From assembly GCF_000025925.1 (NCBI RefSeq), contig NC_014033.1, positions 780,001-812,000 of the forward strand: 32,000 nucleotides of DNA, given 5' to 3'. Positions 14,691-23,799 of this stretch are shown one piece after another. The notes under the pieces were generated by a model. The model was not told where the DNA came from. It searched no databases and worked only from the letters and a program-made list of their open reading frames with translations. The position numbers and the translations under genes were made by a program. The stretch comes from Xylanibacter ruminicola 23. GTDB taxonomy: Bacteria > Bacteroidota > Bacteroidia > Bacteroidales > Bacteroidaceae. Numbering within the stretch: the stretch's first letter is position 1; the number at the start of each line of letters is the position of its first letter.

Positions 14691-16341
14691 TAGTTCGAAG
14701 ATAATTATTTATCAGGTGTTTACCCGCTTGTACGGCAATAAGAATGTGACGCGCCATGAGGACGGAACATTGGCCGAGAACGGTTGCGGAAAACTGAACG
14801 ACTTCACGCCCAAATCCTTGAAAGCTATCAAGGAGATGGGCGTGAGCCATATTTGGTACACAGGTGTTATCCGACATGCATCGCAAACCGATTACACCCA
14901 GTACGGCATTCCACGTCAGCACGCTGCGGTGGTGAAGGGTAAGGCTGGTTCGCCTTACGCCATTACCGACTACTATGATATCGACCCTGATCTGGCCGAG
15001 AACGTAGAGCAGCGCATGCAGGAGTTTGAGGCGCTGGTAGAGCGCACACACAAGGCCGGACTGAAGGTGATTATCGACTTTGTGCCTAACCATGTGGCTC
15101 GTCAGTATCACTCTATCTGCAAGCCCAAAGGGGTGAAGGACCTGGGCGAGGAGGATAACCCACAGAACGGATTCGACCCGCAGAACAACTTCTATTATTG
15201 TCCCGGACAGCGTTTCCATCCTTACTTCGACTTGTATCACGGCGAGGCCGAGGAGTATGACGAGGAGCCTGCCAAGGCCACGGGTAACGACTGTTTCCAC
15301 AATGCACCAGGCATGAACGACTGGTACGAGACGGTGAAGCTGAACTACGGCGTGGATTACTATGCCGGCGGCGTGGGCCACTTTAATCCTATCCCCAATA
15401 CATGGGATAAGATGACGGATATACTGCTCTTCTGGGCGGCTAAGGGCGTTGACGGATTCCGTTGCGACATGGCCGAGATGGTGCCTGCTGCCTTCTGGCA
15501 TTGGGCCACGGATAAGGTGAAGTACCGCTATCCCGAGTGCGTGTTTATCGGCGAGGTGTATAACCCCGGCGAGTATCGCAACTACCTGGGTGCCGGATTC
15601 GACTACCTGTACGACAAGGTGGGCATGTACGATACGGTGCGCAGCGTGATTTGCAACCAGCAGAGTGCCCATGCGATAACAGGCGCCTGGCAGCAGACGG
15701 ATGATATCAAGCAGCACATGCTGTACTTCCTGGAGAATCACGACGAGCAGCGCGTGGCCAGCGACTTTTTTGCCGGCGACGGCCGCAAGGGCATACCGGG
15801 CTTAGTGGTATCGGCCCTGCTGCAGCAGAACCCGCTGATGATTTACTTCGGACAGGAGTATGGCGAGCGTGGTATGGACAAGGAGGGCTTTAGCGGCTGC
15901 GACGGACGAACCACCATTTTCGACTACTGGAGCGTGGACACCATGGTGCGTGCGGCTAACCGCAAATATACCATCCGCGAAAAGTATATCTACGATATGT
16001 ATTGCAAGGTGATGACGCTGGCACAAAAGGAGAAGGCTATCACGCAGGGCGAGATGTTCGACCTGATGTATGCCAACGGCCATCTGCAGCGCCAGTATGC
16101 GTTTATACGCAAGCACGGCACCGAGGCCATCCTGGTGATTGCCAACTTTGCCGATCAGGCTACCACCGTAAACGTAAATATTCCCGCCCATGCCTTCGAT
16201 TACTTGGGCTTGAGCGAGAAAAACGCGCAGGTAACCGACTTGCTAACCGACACGAAATCGCGCCTCCATTTTAAGCGCGACGAGTCCGTTCAGGTTGAAG
16301 TTCCCGAGAACGGCGCCGCCATCCTAAAATTCCGCGCGTAA
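14683..16341 (+). CDS. Alpha-amylase family glycoside hydrolase (GH13), cytoplasmic
   Basis: 552 aa ORF with the GH13 regions VIIDFVPNHV, DGFRCDMAEM (nucleophile region) and FLENHDE. No signal peptide. Confidence 0.87.
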   Translation: MMNSSKIIIYQVFTRLYGNKNVTRHEDGTLAENGCGKLNDFTPKSLKAIKEMGVSHIWYTGVIRHASQTDYTQYGIPRQHAAVVKGKAGSPYAITDYYDIDPDLAENVEQRMQEFEALVERTHKAGLKVIIDFVPNHVARQYHSICKPKGVKDLGEEDNPQNGFDPQNNFYYCPGQRFHPYFDLYHGEAEEYDEEPAKATGNDCFHNAPGMNDWYETVKLNYGVDYYAGGVGHFNPIPNTWDKMTDILLFWAAKGVDGFRCDMAEMVPAAFWHWATDKVKYRYPECVFIGEVYNPGEYRNYLGAGFDYLYDKVGMYDTVRSVICNQQSAHAITGAWQQTDDIKQHMLYFLENHDEQRVASDFFAGDGRKGIPGLVVSALLQQNPLMIYFGQEYGERGMDKEGFSGCDGRTTIFDYWSVDTMVRAANRKYTIREKYIYDMYCKVMTLAQKEKAITQGEMFDLMYANGHLQRQYAFIRKHGTEAILVIANFADQATTVNVNIPAHAFDYLGLSEKNAQVTDLLTDTKSRLHFKRDESVQVEVPENGAAILKFRA

Positions 16342-16343
16342 AT

Positions 16344-16545
16344 ATTATTAGGCACGGATTCTTGGACGAGCCAAGCGGCAAAGCCGAGCGAACACGGCTT
16401 TTTTTTATAAAAAAGACACGGATTTATAATAAAAAGAACACGGCTAAAGTTGAAATAACCAAAGCCGTGTTTTTAATTTATTAAAGCCGTGTAAATCCGT
16501 GCCTAAAAAAATCCGTGTTAATCCGCGTAATCCGTGCCTAATAAT
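16344..16545. repeat. ~200-bp palindromic intergenic element with 17-bp terminal inverted repeats and multiple CACGG/CCGTG motifs
   Basis: ATTATTAGGCACGGATT (16344-16360) is the exact reverse complement of 16529-16545. There are 4 CACGG in the left half and 5 CCGTG plus 1 CCGCG in the right half. Internal hairpins with T-runs lie at 16381-16407 and 16437-16475. Confidence 0.85.
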
Positions 16546-17216
16546 TAGATCTCACTGATGCTGCCGACACCGGAGCGGTGGGTATCCTTCTTCTTGGGAT
16601 GACCGCCGTACTCTAACGATCCTACACCCGACACGCGGCCTTCGATGCTTTCGGAAGCATAACACTTGATGCTGCCCACACCTGATACGCTGGCTGTTAC
16701 GTTCAGTGCCTTTAGGTTGCCAGCCTCGATACTGCCAACACCGCTATTGCGCAACTCAACATCATCGGCAATACCGCTGACTGCAATCTCACCAACACCA
16801 CTATTGGTAATCTCTAATTTATCGGTATCCAGACTGTCCATCTTAATGTTAGAGGCACCACTATTGGTAACCTTGGTAAGGTCGGCAGTATAAACCTTGA
16901 TTTTTACCTCTTGTGTGTTCAGATTGAGATTTTTCTGTGTGTACTTAATGTTCAGTGCGCCGTTGCCACTTTCGAACTTGTAGTATTCAATATAATTGTC
17001 GGGAGCAGTGAGCTCGATGGTGCCGCTCTTTTTCACGTCCTGCACGATCTCTACGTGGCCCACGCAACTCATGTTTACTTCCTCGAAAGTATCAACCTTA
17101 TAGGTCTTGGTTACGATGTTGTCGCTGGGAGTTACCTTGTTGATACCCAAATCTAACTTACACGATGTGAGCGCCAAAGCACATACCATCAAAAATAATA
17201 CCTTTTTCATATTCAT
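16545..17216 (-). CDS. Head GIN domain (DUF2807)-like lipoprotein
   Basis: 223 aa ORF with a lipoprotein signal (LALTSC). Repeated beta-helix-like SGVGSI/SGVGEI/SGASNI motifs are typical of the putative adhesin head GIN domain. Confidence 0.72.
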   Translation of the reverse strand: MNMKKVLFLMVCALALTSCKLDLGINKVTPSDNIVTKTYKVDTFEEVNMSCVGHVEIVQDVKKSGTIELTAPDNYIEYYKFESGNGALNIKYTQKNLNLNTQEVKIKVYTADLTKVTNSGASNIKMDSLDTDKLEITNSGVGEIAVSGIADDVELRNSGVGSIEAGNLKALNVTASVSGVGSIKCYASESIEGRVSGVGSLEYGGHPKKKDTHRSGVGSISEI

Positions 17217-17304
17217 TTATTTATTTAGTTGTTTTATTTTATTCTTTTGACGCATGTAAGGCGGAAAAAGTTGCAAGAAACTTGTTTTTTTTAGTTAAAA
17301 TTCG

Positions 17305-17312
17305 TATTTTTG
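17305..17312 (+). promoter_or_regulatory. -7 promoter box (TATTTTTG)
   Basis: TATTTTTGCGCCAAA lies 19 nt upstream of the ATG at 17331. Confidence 0.55.
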
Positions 17313-17330
17313 CGCCAAAATTTTAAAGAT

Positions 17331-17798
17331 ATGGCCGATTTTGTATTGAACGAGCACAACAAGGAGGAGTTTCCACCAGCCCATACAGCCGAGCATCTGC
17401 TGAACCAGACGATGATCAGGATGTTTGACTGCGGGCGATCGTATAATGCCCATGTGGAGCGTAAGAAGAGTAAGATGAGTTTCCATCTGGCCCAGAAACC
17501 ATCGCGCGCCGAGGAGCGTGAGATTGAGGAGCGCATGAACGACCTGATAGCACAGGACTTGCCTGTGACGTTTGAGTTTGTGACCCGCGACACGATACCC
17601 GATGATGTGACGCTTGACCGACTGCCCGATGATGCATCGGAGACCATCCGCCTGGTGCGCATTGGCGATTATGATGTGTGTCCCTGCATCGGTAAGCACG
17701 TAAGAAGCACCAGTCAGATAGGGCGCTTTGAACTGCTGGGCACCAACTGGGACGAACAGGAACGATCGTTCCGCGTAAGGTTTAAAATCGTGCAATAA
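17331..17798 (+). CDS. AlaX-like alanyl/threonyl-tRNA editing domain protein (tRNA_SAD)
   Basis: 155 aa ORF with the zinc-binding motifs HTAEH (HxxxH) and CPCIGKH (CxxxH). The start is trimmed from the TTG at 17310, which overlaps the -7 box. Confidence 0.7.
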   Translation: MADFVLNEHNKEEFPPAHTAEHLLNQTMIRMFDCGRSYNAHVERKKSKMSFHLAQKPSRAEEREIEERMNDLIAQDLPVTFEFVTRDTIPDDVTLDRLPDDASETIRLVRIGDYDVCPCIGKHVRSTSQIGRFELLGTNWDEQERSFRVRFKIVQ

Positions 17799-17799
17799 A

Positions 17800-17832
17800 A
17801 AAATCCCGCTCTGAACAGGCGGGATTCTTTAT
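17800..17832. terminator. Bidirectional terminator between convergent genes
   Basis: AATCCCGC (17802-17809) / GCGGGATT (17819-17826) form the stem, flanked by an A-run and CTTTAT. Confidence 0.7.
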
Positions 17833-17836
17833 GTTG

Positions 17837-18913
17837 TTACTTCTGTTGATCCTGAGGAATCTGAATTTTTGAGAACACGGGGTTGTGGTCGGAATAACTC
17901 AATTCGCGCTTGTAATACGACAGACCTAAGAAGGTTTTATCGTGGAAAATATAGTCGATGCGCACCTTCTTTTTTCCACCACGGAAGGTGTACATAAAGC
18001 CGCTGCCACACTCGGTAAAGCCATCCACCTTATCGCCCAGCATGGTGTTGTAAACGTAAGAGTAGGGCACATCGTTGAAGTCGCCGCATACAATGATGGG
18101 GCGCTCGCAATTACGCATATCCTGCGCCAGCACGTTGGCCTGGCCCGAGCGGGCTATCATACCTATGGTGTAGTTGCCGTATAGGGCGCGTAGTAAGGCG
18201 TTGCTCTCAATGTCCATACCCTGACTCATGAGCTTGCCGGCTCTGTACATGGTACCGTTGATACCGGTGGTTTCCAAGTGGGCGTTATACACACGGATAA
18301 CGGTTCCCTTGTAGTTTACCTCGGCCCACATGGCGCTGTTGTTGGTCATCTCGAAGTTCATGTTCTTCGACTTAACGATGGGGTAACGGCTGTAGATAAC
18401 CATATCGTGCTCGCCCTGGGCCATATAGGGGAAGTACTCCTTGTAAGAGTCGCTGTTCTTCTTGTCGCCGCTCTGGTCGTTATACTCCTGGAAACAAGCC
18501 ACATCCACCTTCTGCTTCTTCATCTCGCTCAGAATATCCTGGGCAATAAAGCCTGAGGTTTCGCGACCGAACATGGCCACGTTGTAGGTAGCAATCTTGA
18601 TGCCGGGCTTGATGTCGGCATGCTCATCGAGCGAACCAAACTGATAGATGGTGCCTGAGTAGGGGATGCAGCACATGATGGCAATGAGCGGAATGAAAGC
18701 CCAATGGAAACGGCGCATAATAACCCAGTAAAGAAACAGTACCACATTGGCTGCTATCAGCACGGGCAGGGCATAAACCAGCATGGCGCGGGCTGTATTA
18801 CCTGCAGGCTGAACATCACCACCGTAGAGACCTACAAGGGTGAATATCATGACAAGTACGGTGAGAATAAGAATGGAGAATGAAAAGTACTTTTGTACAG
18901 CAAGTTTTCCCAT
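17837..18913 (-). CDS. Membrane-anchored endonuclease/exonuclease/phosphatase (EEP) family protein
   Basis: 358 aa ORF with 3 N-terminal TM segments followed by EEP motifs (IATYNV, GDFND, SDHNPV). Confidence 0.8.
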   Translation of the reverse strand: MGKLAVQKYFSFSILILTVLVMIFTLVGLYGGDVQPAGNTARAMLVYALPVLIAANVVLFLYWVIMRRFHWAFIPLIAIMCCIPYSGTIYQFGSLDEHADIKPGIKIATYNVAMFGRETSGFIAQDILSEMKKQKVDVACFQEYNDQSGDKKNSDSYKEYFPYMAQGEHDMVIYSRYPIVKSKNMNFEMTNNSAMWAEVNYKGTVIRVYNAHLETTGINGTMYRAGKLMSQGMDIESNALLRALYGNYTIGMIARSGQANVLAQDMRNCERPIIVCGDFNDVPYSYVYNTMLGDKVDGFTECGSGFMYTFRGGKKKVRIDYIFHDKTFLGLSYYKRELSYSDHNPVFSKIQIPQDQQK

Positions 18914-18949
18914 AATGTGTGAGTATAAAAAATATATGTGTAGTTATGC

Positions 18950-20206
18950 TTAGTCGAGGTATTTGCCAACTATCTCGATCAGGTTCTCAACCTTGAATGG
19001 CTTGGCCATGAACTCGTCGCAGCCAGCATCCTTTGCATCGCGGATATTCTCCTCGAAGGCATAGGCGCTCAGGGCGATAACGGGTGTGTCGGTATCTATC
19101 TCCTTAATGATGCGGGTGGCATCAAGACCGTTCATCTCGGGCATACGAATGTCCATCAGTATCAGATCGGGGTGCTCTTCCTCGTTCATGGTTACAGCCT
19201 CGATACCGTTATGGGCACGAATAAGGCGGTAACGCTTGTGGAGCACAATTTTTACCAGTTCGTAGTTGCTGTCCTCGTCCTCGGCTACCAGGATGGTCTT
19301 CTTGTTCTTATCGTCGGGGCGACCGCTTACACGGATGGTGCGAACATTCGAGGTGGTGGTGTTGCGGGCTGGTGCTATGCCGCCAATGGTACCCTCGAAG
19401 GGCAGCACAAAGTGGAACAGCGAACCCTCGCCAAGCTTCGACTCGACATAGATCTTACCGCCCAGCTTCTCGACAATAATCTTACAGAGCGCCAAACCAA
19501 GGCCGTAGCCGTTGTTGTTGGTCTCGGCATCGCGAGAAACGTAGGTGTTAAAGATATGCTGAAGATCCTCGGGGGCAATACCCGTACCGGTGTCTTGCAC
19601 AAAGAATTCGATGTTTGAGCCTTCGTCGAGCATGCGGTAACCATAGGTGATGCTGCCGGCCGAAGTATGTTTCAAGGCGTTGCTGATAAGGTTTGAGAAT
19701 ACCTGGGTGATACGGTTGGCATCGGTGTTGAAGGTAACGGCCATATTGGGCTTCTTCCAACTGAGCTTAACCGTCTCGGGGCAACGGAACTTAAACAGAT
19801 TCTTGATACTGTCGCAGAGCTGGTTGAGGTCGGTGCTCGACTTCTTCATCGTGATTTCGCCGGCCTCTACACGTGAGAGGTCGAGAATCTCGTTTACCAG
19901 GCTCATCAAACGGTTGTTGTTGCTTTCAATGATTTCGAAGAACTTCATGCGGTCGTCCTGTGAATCGGTCTCGACCAATACGCGAGAGAAACCCTCGATG
20001 GCATTCAAGGGGGTGCGGATTTCGTGGCTCATATTAGCCAGGAAAAGCGACTTCATCTTGCTCGCTTTTTCTGCTTTTTGGGCCTTCTCCTCATATTCTT
20101 TCAGCTTCTGGGTTGCGATGGCTAGCTGTTCTTGCGCAAGGGATAATTTGCGATTGGCCTCCGCATATTTCTGAAGCATTACTTCCTTCTCGCTATATTC
20201 CATGTT
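18950..20206 (-). CDS. Hybrid sensor histidine kinase/response regulator (no recognisable sensor domain)
   Basis: It has an H-box SHEIRTPLN, the HATPase motifs NLISNALKHT and DTGTGI...GYGLGL, and a C-terminal receiver (VAEDEDSN...LILMDIRMPEMNG...K). The start is trimmed to MEYSEK because the -7 box at 20232-20239 lies inside the longer ORF. Confidence 0.88.
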   Translation of the reverse strand, partial: NMEYSEKEVMLQKYAEANRKLSLAQEQLAIATQKLKEYEEKAQKAEKASKMKSLFLANMSHEIRTPLNAIEGFSRVLVETDSQDDRMKFFEIIESNNNRLMSLVNEILDLSRVEAGEITMKKSSTDLNQLCDSIKNLFKFRCPETVKLSWKKPNMAVTFNTDANRITQVFSNLISNALKHTSAGSITYGYRMLDEGSNIEFFVQDTGTGIAPEDLQHIFNTYVSRDAETNNNGYGLGLALCKIIVEKLGGKIYVESKLGEGSLFHFVLPFEGTIGGIAPARNTTTSNVRTIRVSGRPDDKNKKTILVAEDEDSNYELVKIVLHKRYRLIRAHNGIEAVTMNEEEHPDLILMDIRMPEMNGLDATRIIKEIDTDTPVIALSAYAFEENIRDAKDAGCDEFMAKPFKVENLIEIVGKYLD

Positions 20207-20231
20207 GTTATTAAAAATCACTATTTGGCTA

Positions 20232-20239
20232 CAAAGGTA
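20232..20239 (-). promoter_or_regulatory. -7 promoter box (TACCTTTG)
   Basis: Reverse complement reads TACCTTTGTAGCC, 26 nt upstream of the ATG at 20206. Confidence 0.55.
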
Positions 20240-20290
20240 ATGCTTTTTTTGTAAACACAAAAGAAAAATGAAAGAAAATTAGCAAAATTT

Positions 20291-21475
20291 TCAACTTCTC
20301 TTGGCTTTTTCCCAAGCGCCACTGTGATTATGGCTGCGCAGGTAGGCCATTCCGCGAAAAACATTGAGGTTCATAAAAACAAAATAGTAGGCGGTGTAAA
20401 GCAGCTTGTTCTTAACGCCGTGACGGGCCAAAAGCCAGCCGGCAAAGGCGCCTAGATAGAACAAAATCTGTGCTGCTAACATCAAATCGAAAAACGAACC
20501 TGCGCGCATTACAGAAAGTAATATGTTGATACCCAGTAAGATAACCATTGCGATTGGAGTAATGCTCCAACGCAGCACGCGGTGACTGATGTACTGGAAG
20601 CTTACCAGCGGGTACTTGATGGGGTTGAGCAAACTGCGCAACCACCAGATGCTTTGAAGTCCGCCGGCAGCGATACGGCGCTTGCGTTTGCTCTCTTCAA
20701 AAATGTTGGCAGAGCCGTACTCCTGAGCGTAGGCATCGGGGGTGTAGGCGATGCGCTTGCCATCCTGTACCACAAACATTGACATCATGAAATCGTCTAA
20801 CAGGGCATTGTCGGGAACCTCGCGTACCAGCTGGGGGTCGATGGCGTAGAGTTCGCCGGCGGCACCCATGGCCGAGAACAGCTCGCTGTCCCAACGTTTC
20901 AAGGTGCTCTCGTAGCGCCAGTACAGACCTTCGCCCTCGGCAGCCATCTGGCCCTCCTTGCGGGCGGCCACGCGTTTCTCGCCCGATACACAGCCCACGG
21001 TGGGGTCGGTAAACAGGCGGGCAATCTCCTTCATGGCGCCTGGATTAATCATGGTGTTGGCATCGGTAAAGGCCACATAGCGGGTCTTGAGTTCCTGCAA
21101 ACCGTGCTTAAGGGCGGCCGACTTGCCGCGGCGCTCGGGGCTGAACACGATATCAACCTCGGGGTAGGCCTTAAGCAGCTCGTTGGTGCGGTCGGTGCTG
21201 CCATCGGTTACCCACATAATACGGAACTTTTCGCGGGGGTAATCGATAGCCAGGGTGTTGGCCATCTTCTCGGGCACCACATCTTCTTCGTTATAAGCAC
21301 AAATAAGCAGGGTGATGGTGGGCAGCTGCTCATCGGCAGGCACGACGGCCTTGCGGGGAGCGCCCGCAAAAAGCCGTTTTAGCCTGAGGATGATGTATAA
21401 TAGAATTCCATAACCTAAATAGGTGTAGAATACTATGAGCAACATGGCCCAGAATAGGATTTTTAGTGTGAGCAT
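20291..21475 (-). CDS. Glycosyltransferase family 2, integral membrane (processive-synthase-like)
   Basis: 394 aa ORF with an N-terminal TM segment, the GT2 motifs TDGSTD and FTDANT, and C-terminal TM helices. Confidence 0.85.
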   Translation of the reverse strand: MLTLKILFWAMLLIVFYTYLGYGILLYIILRLKRLFAGAPRKAVVPADEQLPTITLLICAYNEEDVVPEKMANTLAIDYPREKFRIMWVTDGSTDRTNELLKAYPEVDIVFSPERRGKSAALKHGLQELKTRYVAFTDANTMINPGAMKEIARLFTDPTVGCVSGEKRVAARKEGQMAAEGEGLYWRYESTLKRWDSELFSAMGAAGELYAIDPQLVREVPDNALLDDFMMSMFVVQDGKRIAYTPDAYAQEYGSANIFEESKRKRRIAAGGLQSIWWLRSLLNPIKYPLVSFQYISHRVLRWSITPIAMVILLGINILLSVMRAGSFFDLMLAAQILFYLGAFAGWLLARHGVKNKLLYTAYYFVFMNLNVFRGMAYLRSHNHSGAWEKAKRS

Positions 21476-21498
21476 AGGTTTTCGATATAAGAGTTTTA

Positions 21499-23073
21499 TT
21501 ACTTTGTTTCGATTTCTTCCTTCATGTCTATATATTGCCTGTCGGCATCATAGAACTCGTACTGAAGGAACGCCAGCTTCTGCGAGGGGATGACCCGTAC
21601 GCCCAGTCCGTACTTCATTTGCCACTTCATCTTGAGGCTGAATAGGCCTTGGTTAATGTAGGCGGCAACGTAGGGATGAACGTGCAGATAGAACTTGCGC
21701 ATACCTATCTTATTTACTAGGGTGTCAATCTTACTCTCGAGGGTATCAGTGAACAGGATGCTCGACTTGATAGTACCTTTACCGAAACAAGTGGGGCAGG
21801 TTTCCTCGACGTTCACATTCATAGCGGGGCGAACGCGCTGACGGGTAATCTGCATCAATCCGAACTTAGAAAGGGGCAGGATATTGTGCTTGGCTCTGTC
21901 CTTCTGCATGTTCTTGCACATGCGCTCGTAGAGCAGCTGGCGGTCCTCGGGTAACTTCATGTCGATAAAGTCGACGATGATGATACCACCCATATCACGG
22001 AGCCTGAGCTGGCGGGCCAGCTCGTCGGCAGCTCCAAGGTTGGTTTCGAGGGCGTTGGCCTCCTGATTGTTCTCTTTCTTGATTCGCGTACCGCTATTCA
22101 CATCCACTACATGCATGGCCTCTGTGTGTTCGATAATCAGATAAGCACCATGTTTGTAGTTTACCGTTTTTCCAAAGCCCGACTTGAGTTGCTTGGTTAC
22201 ATCGAAATTGTCGAAAATGGGTACCGTGCCGTTATAGAGCTTAACGATATCCTTCTTTTCGGGTGCGATGAGTCCCAGATAGTTCTTGATTTCGTCGTAG
22301 ATGCCGCTGTCGTTTACATGGATGCCGTCGTAAGTGGGATTGAAGAGATCGCGCAACAGTGCTACGGCCCTGCTTTCCTCCTCGAAGCAGAGTTGTGGTC
22401 GCTCTGTGGTCTTCTGTACTTTGCTAATCACGTCTTCCCAACGCTTCAACAGTATCTTCAGCTCGGCATCAAGTTCAGCTGCGCGCTTTCCCTCGGCTAC
22501 TGTACGTACAATAACACCGAAATTCTTTGGCTTGATGCTCTGAATAAGCTGTTTCAGTCGGCTACGTTCTTCGCCCTTCTTGATTTTGGTCGAAACAGAA
22601 ACACCGTCCTCGAAAGGAATGAGCACCAGATAACGGCCGGCAAAACTCAACTCGCAGGTGAGGCGTGGACCCTTGGTGTTAATAGGTTCCTTTACAATTT
22701 GTACCAGTATTTCCTGACCAACCTTCAAGGTGTTGGCAATGCTGCCATCCTTTTTAAGTTCTGGCTGGATGTGGGCTTTCTGGATAGGGTAGAGCTTCTT
22801 GCGGTCGCTCACTACCTGTTTCAGATATTTCTCGTAAGAGTTAAATTGAGTTCCCAGATCAAGATAATGCAGGAATGCAACACGTTCGGCTCCGACATCA
22901 ACGAAACAAGCGTTAAGTCCTGGCATCAGCTTCTTGACCTTTGCCACATAAATGTTGCCCACCGAGAACGACGCCGTGCGCTGCTCCTGCTGGTACTCTA
23001 CCAGCTGCTTATCCTCGAGCAGGGCAATGCTTATGTCCTTTGGCTGCACATCAATGATAACTTCACTTGTCAT
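21499..23073 (-). CDS. rng: Ribonuclease G/E family (Rne/Rng)
   Basis: 524 aa ORF with an S1 domain (GNIYVAKVKKLMPGLNACFVDVG), the catalytic region GGIIIVDFIDM and the zinc-link CPTCFGKG. Confidence 0.9.
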   Translation of the reverse strand: MTSEVIIDVQPKDISIALLEDKQLVEYQQEQRTASFSVGNIYVAKVKKLMPGLNACFVDVGAERVAFLHYLDLGTQFNSYEKYLKQVVSDRKKLYPIQKAHIQPELKKDGSIANTLKVGQEILVQIVKEPINTKGPRLTCELSFAGRYLVLIPFEDGVSVSTKIKKGEERSRLKQLIQSIKPKNFGVIVRTVAEGKRAAELDAELKILLKRWEDVISKVQKTTERPQLCFEEESRAVALLRDLFNPTYDGIHVNDSGIYDEIKNYLGLIAPEKKDIVKLYNGTVPIFDNFDVTKQLKSGFGKTVNYKHGAYLIIEHTEAMHVVDVNSGTRIKKENNQEANALETNLGAADELARQLRLRDMGGIIIVDFIDMKLPEDRQLLYERMCKNMQKDRAKHNILPLSKFGLMQITRQRVRPAMNVNVEETCPTCFGKGTIKSSILFTDTLESKIDTLVNKIGMRKFYLHVHPYVAAYINQGLFSLKMKWQMKYGLGVRVIPSQKLAFLQYEFYDADRQYIDMKEEIETK

Positions 23074-23214
23074 TGTCTTTCTCCTTAATTGTTTTCCTTA
23101 AAAATTCTTGAGGGAATGTCTCGTTAGCACTAAAAAGGGTGTGCCGCTATCCATTATAGATTAGCAAGACACACTCCTTTCATTTCTTTACTATTGGTCA
23201 CAGAGGATCAAGAT

Positions 23215-23304
23215 TTACTTGCTCTTATGACGATTCTTGCGCAGGCGCTTCTTACGCTTGTGAGTAGCCATCTTGTGGCCCTTCTTTTTCTTTCCGTTTG
23301 GCAT
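23215..23304 (-). CDS. 29-aa highly basic protein, bS22/AURKAIP1-like small ribosomal protein candidate
   Basis: It is not in the ORF track because it is shorter than 60 aa. ATG at 23304, TAA at 23215-23217. The translation is MPNGKKKKGHKMATHKRKKRLRKNRHKSK. It lies 25 nt downstream of the HU gene and upstream of rng. The pattern is recalled from small Lys/Arg-rich ribosomal proteins. Confidence 0.55.
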   Translation of the reverse strand: MPNGKKKKGHKMATHKRKKRLRKNRHKSK

Positions 23305-23329
23305 AATACTTAATAATTTATAATGTTAA

Positions 23330-23605
23330 TTACTTCATTTTTTCAATAAAGCTCTTCGAAGGCTTGAAGGCGGGAAAGTCGTGAGCCTCGATTACCAGTG
23401 TGGTGTTCTTAGAGATGTTGCGGGCGGTCTTCTGAGCACGACGCTTCACTACGAAAGTACCGAAGCCACGCAGATATACATTCTCCTTCTCAGAAGCGAG
23501 ACTCTCGCGGATGCACTCCATGAATGCCTCTACTGAGATGGCTACATCTTTCTTAGCCAGGCCGGTCTCTTCAGCAATTCTGTTGATGATTTCTGCCTTT
23601 GTCAT
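23330..23605 (-). CDS. HU family DNA-binding protein
   Basis: 91 aa ORF. MTKAEIINRIAEETGL...VYLRGFGTFVVKRRAQKTARN is the classic HU/IHF fold signature. Confidence 0.93.
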   Translation of the reverse strand: MTKAEIINRIAEETGLAKKDVAISVEAFMECIRESLASEKENVYLRGFGTFVVKRRAQKTARNISKNTTLVIEAHDFPAFKPSKSFIEKMK

Positions 23606-23675
23606 TTCTTTATCTGTTTCTTTCTCTTTTATATATTAATAATGTGTAAACTCGAAATTCTTCGATTTCGGACTG

Positions 23676-23683
23676 CAAAGTTA
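23676..23683 (-). promoter_or_regulatory. -7 promoter box (TAACTTTG) for the HU gene
   Basis: Reverse complement reads TAACTTTGCAGTCC, about 70 nt upstream of the ATG at 23605. Confidence 0.5.
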
Positions 23684-23766
23684 CTAATTTTCAGCCGATT
23701 ACGAAAATATTTCTCGTTTTTTTTTCAAAAAATCACAAAAATCACCGCTTTTTGGCCGTTTTTTTG

Positions 23767-23774
23767 TATCTTTG
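23767..23774 (+). promoter_or_regulatory. -7 promoter box (TATCTTTG) for pyk
   Basis: TATCTTTGCACCACAAA lies 26 nt upstream of the ATG at 23800. Confidence 0.6.
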
Positions 23775-23799
23775 CACCACAAAATGAAGGAAAAATAAC

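Noticed and set aside
14141-16191. Minus-strand ORFs 14141-14680, 14680-15741 (353 aa) and 15802-16191
   Set aside because: They are antisense to fabD and the GH13 amylase, with no recognisable domains.
7001-16341. Glycogen cluster (GT3 synthase, GT35 phosphorylase, GH13 amylase) as something novel
   Set aside because: A eukaryote-like GT3 glycogen synthase next to an alpha-glucan phosphorylase is a known feature of Bacteroidales genomes. Only the heptamer insertion is unusual.
17295-17795. 166-aa minus-strand ORF opposite the AlaX-like gene
   Set aside because: The plus-strand frame carries the HxxxH/CxxxH zinc motifs and has a promoter. The antisense ORF has neither.
19647-20174. 175-aa plus-strand ORF (and other internal ORFs) inside the histidine kinase gene
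   Set aside because: It is antisense to a gene with complete H-box, ATPase and receiver motifs.
18950-20206. Hybrid histidine kinase lacking any sensor or TM domain (only a ~60-aa coiled coil before the H-box)
   Set aside because: Soluble hybrid kinases with minimal N-termini are common in Bacteroidetes. Nothing in the sequence points to a new mechanism.
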